This document shows, piece by piece, positions 23,436 through 36,591 of a stretch of DNA of 64,000 nt. Source of the stretch: Isurus oxyrinchus. Its lineage: Eukaryota. The first letter of the stretch is position 1; each line of letters starts with the position of its first letter. The notes under the pieces are model-generated. The model saw nothing but the letters and a program-made list of their open reading frames with translations. It did no database searches and was not told where the DNA came from. The position numbers were made by a program, and so were the translations under genes. Where the stretch lies: NCBI GenBank assembly GCA_026770705.1, contig JANJGN010000004.1, positions 195,796,001 through 195,860,000 of the forward strand, given 5' to 3'.

Positions 23436-24567
23436 GAATCAGAGCAGAAGAGGACCTTTGGCCCATCGAGTCTGCACTGACACGAGAAACACTTAACCTA
23501 CCTAATCCAATTTACCAGCACTTGGCCCATAGCTTTGAATGTTATGACGTGCCAAGTGCTCATTCAGGTACTTTTTTTTTTTAAAAAAAGGATGGAGGCA
23601 ACCCACCTCCACCACCCTCCTAGGCAGTGCATTCCAGATCACCACCCTCTGGGTAAAGCAGCTTTTCTTCACATTCCCCCTAAACTTCCTGCCCCTCACC
23701 TTGAACTTATGTCCCCTGATAACTGACCCTTCAACTAAGGGGAACAGCTGCTCCCTACCCACCCTGACCATGCCCCTCAATCTTGTACACCTCAATCAGG
23801 TCACCCCTCAGTCTTCTCTGCTCCAGCGAAGACAACCCAAGTCTATCCAACCTCTCATCATAACTTAAATGTTTCATCCCAGGCAACATCCTGGGGAATC
23901 TCCTCTGCACCTCCTCCAGTGCAATCACATCCTTCCTATAATGTGGCAACCAGAACTGTACACAGTACTCCAGCTGTGGCCTCACCAAGGTTCTATACAA
24001 CTCCAACGTGACCTCCCTACTTTTGTAATCTATGCCTCAATTGATAAAGGCAAGCGTCCCATATGCCTTTTTCACCACCCCACTAACATGCCCCTCCGCC
24101 TTCAGAGATCTATGGACACAAATGCCAAGGTCCCTTTGTTCCTCAGAACTTCCTAGTGTCATGCCCTTCATTGAATACTTCCTTGTCAAATTACTCCTTC
24201 CAAAGTGTATCACCTCACTTTTCAGGGTTAAATTCCATCTGTCACTTATCTGCCCAGTTGACCATCCCATCTATATCTTCCTGTAGCCCAAGACACTCAA
24301 CCTCACTGTTAACCACCCGGCCAGTCTTTGTCATCTGCAAACTTTCTAATCCTACCTCCCATACAGATGATTGTGTTGTTTATATAAATGACAAATAATA
24401 GGGGACCCAGCACAGATCCCTGTGGTAAGCCACTGGCTTCCAGTCACTAAAGCATCCTTCTGTCATCACTGTCTCCTACAACTAAGCCAATTTTGAATCC
24501 ACCTGATCAAGTTACCCTGTATCCCATGTGCATCTGCCTTCTTTCTAAGTCTCCCATGTGGGACCAT
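23436..24567 (-). mobile_element. 5'-truncated CR1 LINE in a DAB2 intron (sense to the gene)
   Basis: ORFs 23755-24006 (LYRTLVRPQLEYCVQFW) and 23502-23795. Possible 7-bp TSD AACTTCA at 23429-23435 and 24568-24574. Confidence 0.9.
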
Positions 24568-25959
24568 AACTTCACCTGACCAGATCAGTTATCTAGCATG
24601 AACCAGAATGAGGAGTAGGCAATTCTTGAGTCTGCTCTGCCATTCAAGATAATGGCTGACCTGATTGATTAGGAACCTCAACTCCACATTCCCACCTATG
24701 CCCAAATAATACATTACTCCTTCAGAGTTCAGGGTACAACTAAAATGATCACATTACCAATTTCTCAGAACTGAAGCAACTTAACTGACAGGAAACATCT
24801 ACAAAGTTGAAAACAGATTGAATCTACAATTTAAATTAGGAAGTTGATATCCAGATATGTTCACGAAGGCCTGACCATAACAAGCAGATTTCAAAACAGA
24901 TTAACTGGAACATTAGCAGAGACATGTACAGGTCAATTAAACAGGCTAAATAGTTTACATTTTACAGGCAGCAGTTCTAACTCCATCTACACAAATTCAA
25001 ATCCTCATTTCCAATCACCATTTGGAATACCTCTGCATCTTTCATAGGTGCAGTTTATACCAGTTACCAACATGGAATATTCAAATCCAGAAGGCAAACC
25101 AAAGCCCCCAGGAACTGAAGAGGCAGGCAGTGCAGCACCCCCTCCATACTGCCCAGGTCAGATAAAGGTACCATGTTTCACCTCATCACATCTGTCAGAT
25201 CATGAAGTGGTTTCCTCATCCCTTAACCAAAGGGTAAAGTCATTGGTGGGCCATGTGTCAATTGACTACTTCATTTGTCTTCAAATAGCCACTACACAAA
25301 ATTGGCTTTTATTTAGCAACTCCATAAAGCCAAGACCTTAACCCAATTCCTTGGAATGAGAATGGGCTTCAGCTACTTGGAAGTGCAGAACTTGAATATT
25401 GCTGGAGGCAGATGTTGCTAAAGCTGTGTTTTACACTCGGACAAGAATGCCAAATTTCAAACAAACATTCACTACCAAGGGTGAGATTGGTTGGCAGCCT
25501 GACTATTCCAGCAATATTCAACTGAAGAAAAATAATTTGCAAAACCTGAAGCACCCATTCCTAATTACTCATCTGTCTGGTGACCATGTGCTCAACCCCT
25601 CCCTTTGAAGTTTATGAAAAACCCCAAATCATTCAGGATGTATTAATATTTGTTGCAGTTGGGTGCTCAGTTTATACTTTAGCCTGATGCAAGGCAGAAT
25701 TTGTAGCTGGCATAAGCTAGACTCCCAGTTTGTCTTCATTTGGCTTGGAGGTTTGTAGATTAGGCCCCACTTTCTTGAAGTGGTCTTTAGACAGCTGCAT
25801 AAGAAAAGCTCAAGTATAGACTAGACCAAGCTGAAAACAGGGAAACCATTGGACTAGAGCCAAGGCACATGCCAGCCAGCAAAGCCCACATCCCGTGAGT
25901 AAAAAAGTCTACTCAAAGCAGAAAAAGATGGGGCAATGCTACAGAATATCTTCTTGGGA

Positions 25960-27140
25960 GATAGGCTTTGCTGGCTGCATCAGCATTTATTGCTCATTCT
26001 TTGTGGCCCTTGATAAGGTGGTGGTGAGCTGCCTTCTTGAACCACTGCAGTCCATGTGGTATAGGTACACCATGTTGTTAGGAAGGAGTTCTAGGATTTT
26101 GACCTAGTGACAGTGAAGGAATGATCATATATTCCTAAGTCAGGATGGTGAGTAACTTGGAGGGGAACTTCTAGGTGGCAGTGTTCCCATCTATCTGCTG
26201 CCTTGTCCTTCTAGACATTAGAGACACTGGGTTTGGAAGTGCTGTCAAAAGAGCCTTGGTGACTTGTTGCAGTGCATCCTATAGATGGTTCACTGCTGCT
26301 ACTGCTAGTGGTGGAGAGAATTAATGTTGAAGGTGGTGGATGGGGTGTCAATCAAGCAGGCTGCTTTGTCCTGGATGGCGTTGAGCTTAAGTGTTGTTAG
26401 AGCTGCACTCATCTAGACAGGTGGAGTATTCCTGCACACTCATGCCTGGTGGCCAGGCTTAGGGGATTCAGGTGTGTAAGTTACTTGCCACAGGATACCT
26501 AGCCTCAGACCTGCTCTTGTAGCCACAGTATTTTTTCCTAGTCCAGTTTCTGGTCAATGGTAACCTCCAGGATGTTGATAGTGGGGGACTCAGGGATGGT
26601 AATGCCATTGAACATCAAGGGATGGTTAGATTCCCTTGCTGGAGATGGTCATAGCCTGACACCTGGTGTGAATGTTACTTGCCACTTGTTAGCTCAAGCC
26701 TGGATAACTGCCCAAATATTGCTGCATTTAGACATGGGCTGCTTCATTATGAGAAGTTGTGAATGGTGCTTAACATGAATATCCCCACTTCTGACCTTAT
26801 GGAGGGAAGGTCATTGATGAAGCAGCTGAAGATAGTTGGGCTGAGGACACTATCCTGAGAAACTCCTGCAGTGATGTCCTGGGGCTGAGATGATTGACCT
26901 CAACAAGTACAACCATCTTCCTTTATGCTCAGCATGACTCCAGAGAATTTTCCAATTCCCATAGTGTTCGACTGAGTCTGACTCATCAGCTGAGAATGGG
27001 GGGGTGGGTGGGGTGTGTGTGGATGACACATGGTAATCAGAAGATTTTCTTACTGATGTTTGACCAAAATCCATGAGACTTCATGGGTTGTAGAGTTGGT
27101 GTTCAGAACATGAGGGAAAGTCCCTCCTGGCTGTACACCA
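25960..27140 (-). mobile_element. Second LINE family (CR1-group non-LTR), 3' portion
   Basis: Reverse complement of the family at 57340-58020 (ccatccaggacaaagcagcc, gagtgcagctc). Confidence 0.75.
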
Positions 27141-27638
27141 CTTTGAAATATTCTTACCTTAAAAAGCCACTTTAACGTTTGAATGTTTAGCAAGTCTGAT
27201 ACACTAAATATTACTATCCTTCTGGGAAAGAGTGATCCTACATACTCAATGACTAAAAGAATGATAAAAGACCAAGTGCCTAGTTTTGGGTGGGAGGGGG
27301 TGAGGAGAACAGCTGTACCTAGGTGAAACTTTCCAAGGGAAAATTGAACAAGTTCCCATCCCCACTGCCAATATATTTTCCATTTAGCTGGAGTTCACAA
27401 TGGTGTCCTGAAGTCATCCCAGTGGCATTAAATAGACCCATGAACAGGATCAGGTAGAGAAACATTAACCACCCCAGATGGCAATGGTCTCACTTTCCAA
27501 GTCATTGATCAGTCCAGGAGGTGATAATTCTCAAACTAATTCATAGGTTTAAAACATCTCAGATTCAAGTCCATGATGAAATTCAGTTAAAGCTGAAGTA
27601 CTTTGCAACCAATCCAGTTGGTTAGTTGTTGTTCTTAC

Positions 27639-27701
27639 CCGTGTGGAATGGATTTCAGGTGGTGTAGACATGTCTCCAAACAGCTGCATCTGTTCAATAT
27701 C
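27639..27701 (-). CDS. DAB2: DAB2 coding exon 8 (DIEQMQLFGDMSTPPEIHSTR)
   Basis: 63 nt, cAG acceptor and GTAAG donor. Matches the Dab-family motif QMDLFGDMSTPP. Confidence 0.95.
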
Positions 27702-28244
27702 CTGTTCAAGAGAAACCTTTTAAATAATGCCAATAAAAAGATCATTTTCCCCTCTGAAGGGATGAGAGAGATTAGAGCTAGCTTCAAAAGTTGGTTGGAA
27801 ATGCAATTCTAAAATAAACACTACTCAGCCCAGCCAATGTTCAAGGTCCACCCCTTGCAATAGTACCGTTCCCATGTTTTGACTCCATGGGCCTTTTAGA
27901 CAAAAATATTGTGGGTCTGAGTCCCATATCAGAGACAAGATCACAAATCCAGGCTCCCAGTTGCAGTGCTGCATTTTTAGAGGTGCTGTCACTTCAGGGG
28001 TTTCACCATCACCTCCTCCCCCAGGAACATGTTAGCTGCCTCTTAATTGCCAGTTGCCAAAGAGGATAGCACCATTCATCTCTCCTCACCATATAGTTGC
28101 AAGCGACACCAATTAGAGTAACAATTTCAACCCACCATCACCCCCACCCCGGCCAACCCAGAAATCTATATTTAGGAACCACATTGCAATTAACCAACTA
28201 AGTCTATTGACTCCAATGCTAACCTTCCAAAATACTCCACTTAC

Positions 28245-28295
28245 ATTTTTAACGTGAGATACCTGGTCATCAAAATTCAGCAATGGGCTACCATT
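28245..28295 (-). CDS. DAB2: DAB2 coding exon 7 (NGSPLLNFDDQVSHVKN)
   Basis: 51 nt, ctcctcAG acceptor and GTAAGT donor. Homologous to human NGSEALMILDDQ. Confidence 0.88.
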
Positions 28296-28752
28296 CTGAG
28301 GAGTAAAATAAGGAAAACAAAGAATTAGGTACAATCTTTCACACACATTAGCTAAGAAAATTCAGGAACAAGCATCTCCCACAAGAGAAGTTTGCTTAAG
28401 ACTCAAATTTTCAAAGTGTGGAATTAATGATTTGAAGGTATCCAAGATAGATCATGGATCTCCTCTCCAGTAATTGGTAGTGAAGTCTTCCAATGAGAGC
28501 ACAATGTTGGGAGAAGTGGGTACCAGAGAATAAGCTGGATGGGCTGAATGGTTCTCATCCTTGTTGTCTCATCATTCAGACTCTGGAATCATTTCTGGAT
28601 TCACATCCCAAAGTGTCAGCAGAGCATCAGGGAGGCTGTGCCTAAAACTAACTCTAGGCATCTATTGTAGAAGAGGAGCCAAAACTTCCAACTCTGGAAA
28701 AGTTTACAATAAAAATCATTCAGCAGGTAGCAGTATTGGATAGTGATCTCAC

Positions 28753-28773
28753 CTCAGTAGGTTTGCCATCATC
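28753..28773 (-). CDS. DAB2: DAB2 coding micro-exon 6 (DDGKPTE)
   Basis: 21 nt, long polypyrimidine tract ending tttacAG, GAG|GTGAGA donor, phase 0-0. Sits at the position of the short human exon IEEASKAVE. Confidence 0.75.
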
Positions 28774-29647
28774 CTGTAAAAGGCAAAAAAAAAGTTTAAT
28801 AGTGGGACTGCAGTAAAGTCCCTTTTAAAAAAAGTTTAATTTATCTCGTACACCCTCAACTTTTAATTAAGTGGTGATCTAATCAAGGAGCTTAAATGTT
28901 TGGGGTACATTTCTCTGGTGGGAAAACAGGACAATCTAGATTGTCAAAGAAATCAGGAAGCACTTTCTCCATTGGAAATTTAAGACAGATAGGCAAGATT
29001 AAAGATTTGTTCAGTACAAAAGGATGGTGGCAGGCAGGTACTCTGTGAACCAACAGAAGGGCAGAACAGAATCAAAAAGCAAAATGGATTACTACAAATT
29101 AAAAGCTCTAACCATTAATAGTTCTAACCATTTCAGCAAAATAATTCCAGACAGAGGAAATAGCTGAAGATAGATTTGTCTCCTCTTGAAGGCTGCATTA
29201 TAGATAAATCCCCTATCAAGTCATTTCCCCAATTTGCCTTCAGACCAGGAATCGTAAAGGGTCAAAAGACAAGCTGGATTCCTGAAGAGACCAAAACTAC
29301 ACCTCAATGTAATCTGTTCCAAATTATTTGGATGAATTGAAAGTTCAGTATTAGAAAGGTTTAGTAACCTTCCTGAAAACATAATTCCAAAGTAGGACTA
29401 ACAAGGAGCTGTTTCAGGAACCTCAATTCAACAGTAGGTGATCCAAAGTGGATCAATGCCTGACTATATAGGCAAGATTAGATTGCCATGGCACCAACAG
29501 GTTATTTGGTGCACCTCTTGCCACTACCTCTTCTCACCCTACCCCCATTTCCCCTTCTCTTGTGCAACAATTCTCCATGCAAGTTCCAGTGATTTACATT
29601 TGATGGTCTTAATGGTGTTCAGGACCGCCCACCAATTGTTTCCTCAC

Positions 29648-29734
29648 CTTTGACTGATCCTCTGCTTCCTCCTTTTTCTTCAAGTTGTAGATCAATTGGA
29701 AAAGATCCTTCAGATCCACAACCAGTGCCTCAGC
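29648..29734 (-). CDS. DAB2: DAB2 coding exon 5, end of PTB domain (AEALVVDLKDLFQLIYNLKKKEEAEDQSK)
   Basis: 87 nt, tttcAG acceptor and GTGAGG donor. Confidence 0.96.
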
Positions 29735-30680
29735 CTGAAAACAGGATAAATACACATGGGATAAGCTACAACCCATAGTAGGATAGATGGAGAATCTTCA
29801 TAAGTGAAGAGGACCTAATGCCAATCTCATTTGGGGATCCAGGGATGTTTAAATATATTAAATGCAAGTTGAGTGCCAGTTAGCTGAGGTGCAGGGGTAC
29901 AACCCCCATATGGTTGTGGGGCTAATTGAGGCTTGCCTCATCTTGCTCCACATGCAGTTCAAGGATCACATGTAACCAATTCTCTAATGGAGATGCCCAT
30001 TGTCTTCTGGGCTATAGCCAATTACATTCTCTCCACCATCCTTAGGATGGGAATGGTCAAAGCCAGCATTTATTGCCCATTCCTAGTGGACTTCTGAGAA
30101 ATCTAACTCTGGCTGAGCCATTAGAGGGCAGTCATAGTCAAGAGTCAGCTGTATTGGTCAGCTTGGGAGTTCATTTCTTCCTTGGACAGGTGTTTAACTA
30201 GAATTAGACATTACAGATATCAGCTTCTATTAAAATTTAGTTTAAAATAAAGACCAGAAATCACATTCTCTGGATTACTAGCCCAGCAAACATGTCATTA
30301 CTCCTGATGAAGTAAATAGCCATGTTTCCATTTACTCAATATGTTCAGTGCATGCCAGGTTAATACCAAGCACTACTTGCCTCCATTTTACAGGATGCCA
30401 CTAGTAAAGGATCCCACTGGGGTGAGGCAAAGGTAGGATGGTCTTATTATGCAGTTAGGAGTCTAGAAAGCTCAATTTGATACAGAAACAATAAGACAGG
30501 AGAATCTTAACAAGCTGGGAACCAATGCTGCTTAGGTGAAGCCTGCCACTAACCAATCAGGAGTTGTGCGTTCTGCCAAGGGTGACAACTAAAACAGGAT
30601 TAACCACAGCTGCTATTGAACCAGGGGCAGTGTGGTTTCAGGTGCCTTACCATTTCCCCCTCTGGACTGCATTACTCTAC

Positions 30681-30812
30681 CTGCTGAGCAGTCTTGATGG
30701 CAAAGAACTGATGCTGGCCTTCTGCACCACAAACATAACCAAAGGCACGGTTATCTGTGACATCTCTAGCAATGAAGGAGATCCTGTTGACTGTATGCTC
30801 ATATTCAATCAC
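30681..30812 (-). CDS. DAB2: DAB2 coding exon 4, PTB domain ([44 protein letters not shown])
   Basis: 132 nt, near-identical to the human DAB2 PTB segment, AG/GT borders. Confidence 0.98.
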
Positions 30813-31522
30813 CTGAAAAATAAAACAAGGTTTTGAAAGACCAGTCCTTGATGCATTCAATACAGCAAAAGGAGACTTGCTCTTTGAGCACTGGTACAGA
30901 CATGGGCTGAATGCTCTCCTGCACTGACAATTCTGAGTATGTGACTTATTCCTATTGTTGAAGCGAATCAAATTCCCATGTGTTATAACAAGATTGGCTA
31001 GCTTCAACCTTGTATTTCATGCCCCATAAGCATAACCTAGGCCAACACTGAGCTACATGCACAAAATTGACAAAGCCACCTCTTTGGGAATATAAAAAGA
31101 CTCCATGTCACTAGACATTTCTCATGTTTGTTTATAGGATTTAACAATGTATAAATTCACCTGCATAGATGTCACCCTCAAAACTATTGACTGAAGGACT
31201 TGCATTCCAAGGATGAGGGATAGAACTAATGTTCATCTCAGTGAAAGGGAATGAAGGGGAAAGTTTATATCTCAAAGTAACTGGCTGTTCACTACATGGG
31301 AGGGAGGAGGATTTGATACAAGTTCTTGTTGTGACAGTGAAATGTGAACAACAAAGCAGCTCAAATCCACCCTAACCTGGTATTTCCAGCAGCTGGGGTA
31401 CCAACTTAGCTTAAAACGAAAGCCTTCCAGTCTCTGCATCTCTTCACCAACCCTATCCTGTCCAAGGTGGACAAAATGGAAATTCAGGACACATTCAACA
31501 TTGGTTCCAGCAAGATACTCAC

Positions 31523-31621
31523 TCCAGTCTTCTCATCAATTAGCTTGATTCCTGAGAGAGAGATGGTGACCCAAATTCTCTGCTTGTGATGTCCTTGTGC
31601 ACGAGCAGCTATTGCTATGCC
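31523..31621 (-). CDS. DAB2: DAB2 coding exon 3, PTB domain (GIAIAARAQGHHKQRIWVTISLSGIKLIDEKTG)
   Basis: 99 nt, ctccAG acceptor and GTGAGT donor. KQRIWV.ISLSGIK is DAB2-type rather than DAB1-type. Confidence 0.97.
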
Positions 31622-32049
31622 CTGGAGAGGTTACAAGAGCAATCCAGTTAAACAAAACATGCAGAATACACAACCAGGCAGATACTCTAGTGCAATACCA
31701 AAATACTACACTGTCAGACATGCTGCCTTTTAAAAGGCTGTTTTAGGGACTGTCTGCTCTCAAGTGGGTACAGCGTGCAAAAGGTTATTGGTGAAGCAGT
31801 ATTTTGGAAATCTGCATCAAGGTGGCTTATGATGAATGCTATTAAAAATCCCACAACCATGGGGTGCAGATGTGTCATGAACAGGCTTAAATTCCAATGT
31901 TCATTTTTTGCCCCTCCATTGGCAGCCACGCCTTCAATTGTCCAGCCTACACCCTGAAACCCTAGGAATTCTCTCCCTAAACCTTTGATGACCCTCAATC
32001 TACTTGACAAGCCCTGGTTACCCTTGTGGCTTGGAGCCAATTTCATCTG

Positions 32050-33731
32050 ATCACTAGGTCACTTAATTAGTCCCAAGCTGCTGCTTAATCAGGTGATCAT
32101 CTAGTTTGAAGCCAAGTGCTAGTAATAAGAAATAGACAGCAAGTTACACTTCTGTTTGTGGGTGTTAGGAATGAGTTTTAGCTTTAAGTTTGAATTGTGT
32201 CTGTGTTAAAGGTCAGTAAAATGGAGTTAGTTTCACTTTTAAAAACCTCATTAGAAATGCAGGCACCTTTTTAAACAACTGCTGCAGCAGTTCAACGAGA
32301 AAAGTTGGGGAACAGGGCTCGAGAGAGGCAGGGCCCTCCCACAGGGAAAAACTAAAGAAACAGCAGTTTTAAGTTCAGTTTGAAGCCCAGAGAACCAAAA
32401 AAGCTCAAGGCCAAAGGAGGAGTGAGACAAAACAGGGGTCAGTCCCAGGACTTTAACCAAAGGACAGGAACCTGAGGTAAAAAAAAGGTCTTGTTAATTA
32501 AGTTAACAAGTGGGGGGCAGAAAGGGACACCAAGCTTCAGATTTAAAAAAAGAGACAAAAATGACCGCTGAAGGTCCAACTCTTTTACTACGGGCATGTG
32601 AAGCAGTGTGTACTGTTAACAGCTAAGTTGGAGAAAGTGCATGGAAGACAGCTTGAATGCATATGGGTGATCCAGGGGAAGAGGAACATTGGGAGGAGTT
32701 TGGAACCCTGGAGGTGGACCCTTGTGGGAGGTGTCTGAGATAAAAAAAAGTGTCAGTTTGGGAGAAGAGGTCTTGAGTGGATATTGGAAACCCTTGAGAA
32801 GGATGGAATGCAGTGAGACCAGTTGGCTCAGTGGGACAAGTGTTGGGGGTGGAAGAGAGATGGAGTTGGAGAGATCCACAGTATATGGTTGAGATGGCAT
32901 CTGTCACTTAGTTTCAGAGTGTGGTGCATCTGACCACAGGGTGCCTATTAGTACATGACTGTGGACAAGTCACAAAAGCTGTATATCTGAAGGTATGGGC
33001 AAAGGAGTATTGTAATAGTTCATCTTTTCTTGATGAATGTTTTGTTCTTTTAATAACAAAGTTCAGCAGTCGACTCGATTTTGTTCAGTAGCTACTTTTC
33101 ACATCTCTAAACAAACATAAGGATCTATCAAGCCAGGTTCCACTCTGGATCAGAATTACCTGATTCAATATTGAATTCAACAACTTTAGATCTTAAACTC
33201 CCTCCTCCACCCCCATCCCCTTTGTTTCTTCCCCCTTCCTTTTGTTTTTTCCAATAATTTATATGGATTTTTATTTTCCTACCTATTTCCATTATTTTTA
33301 AATCTTGTATGCCCTGCTAGTCTTTCCACCCCACCCCCACTAGAGCTGTATCTCAAGTGCCCTGCCATCCATTCTTAATTAGAACATTAGTTTAGATAAT
33401 ACCACCACCTTTTTGTTCCTTTGTCTGTGACATCTTTTGATTATCTGCTCCTATCACTGCTTGCTTGTCCCTACAACCACACCCACCACCCCCCCCCCCC
33501 ACACCTTAAACTAGCTTATATTTCACCCCTCTCCTAATATTCAATCAGTTTTGTTGAAGGGTCATGAGGACTCGAAACGTCAACTCTTTTCTTCTCCGCT
33601 GATGCTGCCAGACCTGCTGAGTTTTTCCAGGTAATTCTGTTTTTGTTTTGGATTTCCAGCATCTGCAGTTTTTTGCTTTTTTCCACTCTGGATCAGGCTT
33701 GTCCAATGAGAATCTCAGCTGGGATTGTAAC
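32050..33731 (+). repeat. Possible LTR-like repeat interrupted by a Penelope insertion
   Basis: Ends in gggattgtaaca, like 61807. Compositionally distinct from the flanks. No coding signal; boundaries approximate. Confidence 0.3.
33154..33680 (+). mobile_element. Penelope-like 3' fragment / pLTR with hammerhead-like motif
   Basis: Ends of the GIY-YIG ORF (NIEFNNFRS*), then the pLTR. TSD TTCCACTCTGGATCAG at 33138-33153 and 33681-33696. Confidence 0.88.
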
Positions 33732-33874
33732 ACTAAAATCAATCTTTGGTCTGCCTTCTGTTGAAAGTTCAGAATAAGAAAGATACTGCAATTCCCCCTG
33801 GTCTGAACAGTCACCATTTTCCAGTCGCTGGTGCGTAGGAATGATGTCCCATCAACAGGAAAAACAGGCATTAC

Positions 33875-34014
33875 CTTAAGCTTCATCATCGAATCCTGAC
33901 ACATTTGATCTCCTCTGGCATCTGCCACATCATCAATACCAATGATCTTGGCTTTGTAACGAACTCCATCACCTTTAAACCTGGCCAATAGAGATTCTTC
34001 AGTTTTTTCTGACC
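33875..34014 (-). CDS. DAB2: DAB2 coding exon 2, PTB start ([46 protein letters not shown])
   Basis: 140 nt, phase 1 to 0, tttttAG acceptor and AAG|GTAATG donor. Confidence 0.98.
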
Positions 34015-34139
34015 CTAAAAAGACAAAGCCATTAAATCTCAGCATTCCCACATTGAACACTGACCCCCTGGGGAGGTTAGGTAAATGCTCATCATTTGAT
34101 TTGGACAGCAGTCCATTCAAGCCCTCAAATTATACAAAT

Positions 34140-34600
34140 TGAAGTGAATATCTTGACTCCAAAGCTTGACCATCTACAAGGTAGATGGCAGAATACACTC
34201 CACTTGCCTGGATGAGTGCAGCTCCCCACATTAAGCTTGACACCATCCAGGGCAAAGTAACTGCTTAATTGGCATTCCATCCACCTTAAAACATTGACTC
34301 CACTGACAGCAGTGTAACATCTGCAAGATGCACAGGAGCAGCAACTCAAAAGCTTCTTAAACAGCACCATCCAAGCCCAAGACCTCTACAACCTAGAAGG
34401 ACAAGGGCAGATGCATGGGAACACCACCTCCTGCAAGTTCCTCTTGAGCATTCCTCCTCTCCTGAAGTTCCCTTTCCAGCCTACATCACATGGACAGCAT
34501 CAGTTCAAGACAAGTGACTCACCATCTTTGGGGCATTTAGGGATGGACAACAAGTGATGGCCTAGCCAGTGACACCAACATCCCATGAAAAATAAAATTT
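34140..34600 (+). mobile_element. LINE 3' fragment (same family as 57340-58020)
   Basis: ccacttgcctggatgagtgcagctcc...acaccatccagggcaaag, ending in an A-rich tail. Confidence 0.7.
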
Positions 34601-36591
34601 TAGCAACTAAGTGTTCTACATGTTATCCTGTTGCAAGCCTTGTGAAAGTTTCTCAAAGTCAACTGTCTACTGACTGAATCTTTGACATTAAGCAGTGCAA
34701 GATTGGTTTTAAAGGCAACACGGGATTGTTGCTGCAAAACAGGGTTACTCATTAGGGTCTTTACTTCCACTTTCTCCATTAGAGAATCTAATGGATCCAG
34801 TTGGATATTTAGTTCCAAAACATTTGAAACAACCAGGTTGCATAGTTCCCAATTCCTGGAATGTGCTGTGGACATTTCTGGACCCAAAGCACTGACTGAA
34901 CCAGCAGAATTGTGATTTACTACCACCAGACAGAACAAGTTATGATCTTCTAAAAGATTATGTACATAAAGAAGCAGTGATTACACATCGCAACACAAGG
35001 TGTAAGAGGTCAAGCAGACTTCTATTAGTTAGTACCTAAACAGCTGGTAAACCAGCAACCAGTCAGATTGGCAACAACTGCTGTCTTGTTCTTCCCTCAA
35101 ACCTTGGGAAGTATTTGGGAGATGACATGCAATTCAAATCCTGTATCATAAGCACACTTTGCAGCTCAGTGAAACAAGTGACCTAGATATTAGAAATAAC
35201 TGCAGTTCTTTCACCATCCACTGGATGGCCATGACCTCCACATCAATGCATCAGATTTGCTAGCATAGCCCGTTGCCAGTTGATCAAACCTTTTGTTTGT
35301 AAGTTTAATATTCTAGAGCTGACTTAGTATCTAAAATTAACCATTTGGAAAAGTATTTTTTCCCCCCTTCAGCTCAGCATTTACCACTTCGTGAACTAAC
35401 TAGAAATGATCTGTTGCCTGGGCCTAACCAAGGGAAAGATGTGAAATTATTCACTCCACTATTGATCCCAGAGAAATGGGCCTAAGAAACCAACAGCTTT
35501 TGATGTCAGATTTCAGGAAAGCCCCAAGTTGATGCAGACATTCATAAAGGTTCTATATCAGGAGGCTGTCCTGCTCACCCTTACCAAAGGGCACACACAA
35601 TTAAATCACAATCTCCTTTCCCCACAGAAAGATGGAAATTTTTAGAAACTAGGAGCAGTAGGCCATTCGGCCCTTTGAACCTGCTCCACCATTCATGATC
35701 ATGACTGATCGTTCAACTCAATAGCCTGCTCCCGCTTTCTCCCCATACCCTTTGATCCCTTCTGGTCCAAGAGCTATATCTAACTCCTTGAAAACATAAC
35801 ATGTTTTGGCCTCTGTGGCAGTAAATTCAGGACCATTCAATTCCTTTCACCAGCTGGGACACTTCAAAACATAACCTATTGCATTAAAATGCCTTCAAGT
35901 TGCATCCAATCCTTTTGTCAATAAACCTCACGTCTGTGTCCTGTTTCCAGTGACCAGGGCAGTAACCAGTCTTGTTATAACTTCCTGCTTAAAAAAAAAA
36001 TCTAGTCTCTTCACCTAACTAAACTCCTTTGCTTTTGTAGTCTGGTAATATAAAGTGATATGGTTCACTTTGTCCTGCCATTCAAATCCTGGGAGTTACA
36101 GCATGGGCCATTTGGCCTATTATGTCTGTTCCAGCTTCAAGAAGCCATTCCTCACCTCTCCTAGCCCTGTGCATTCCTCATTTTCAAATCCCTCGATTGA
36201 ATCTGCCTCCACCACACAGGCAGCACATACCAGATCCTAACCAGTTCCCCTCATGCTGCCATTGCTTCTTTTGCCAATTACCTTTAACTCTGCTCTTATT
36301 CTGGAACAGAACTGGAAAAGCGGCCCAACCATGGCTAACAAAAAGAAATTAGGGATAGTATTAGATCCAAAAAGGAGTCATAAAGTTGCTAGAAAAAAGT
36401 AGCAAGCTTGAGGATTGGGAATTCAGCAAAGGAGGACCAAGAGATTGATTAAGAGGGGAACTAGAGTACAAGTGTAAATTGCAAAGAATGTAAAAGCTTC
36501 AATAAGTAAAAGGTTAGCGAAGACAAAACAGGAACATTTATAATGGACAGGAAGTGGCAGAGCAATTAAACAACTACTTTAACTGTCTGAG

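Noticed and set aside
33545-34120. 191-aa ORF fusing a PTB fragment to Penelope-derived sequence
   Set aside because: Chance read-through of the 140-nt DAB2 exon into flanking intron. Canonical splice sites bound the conserved part.
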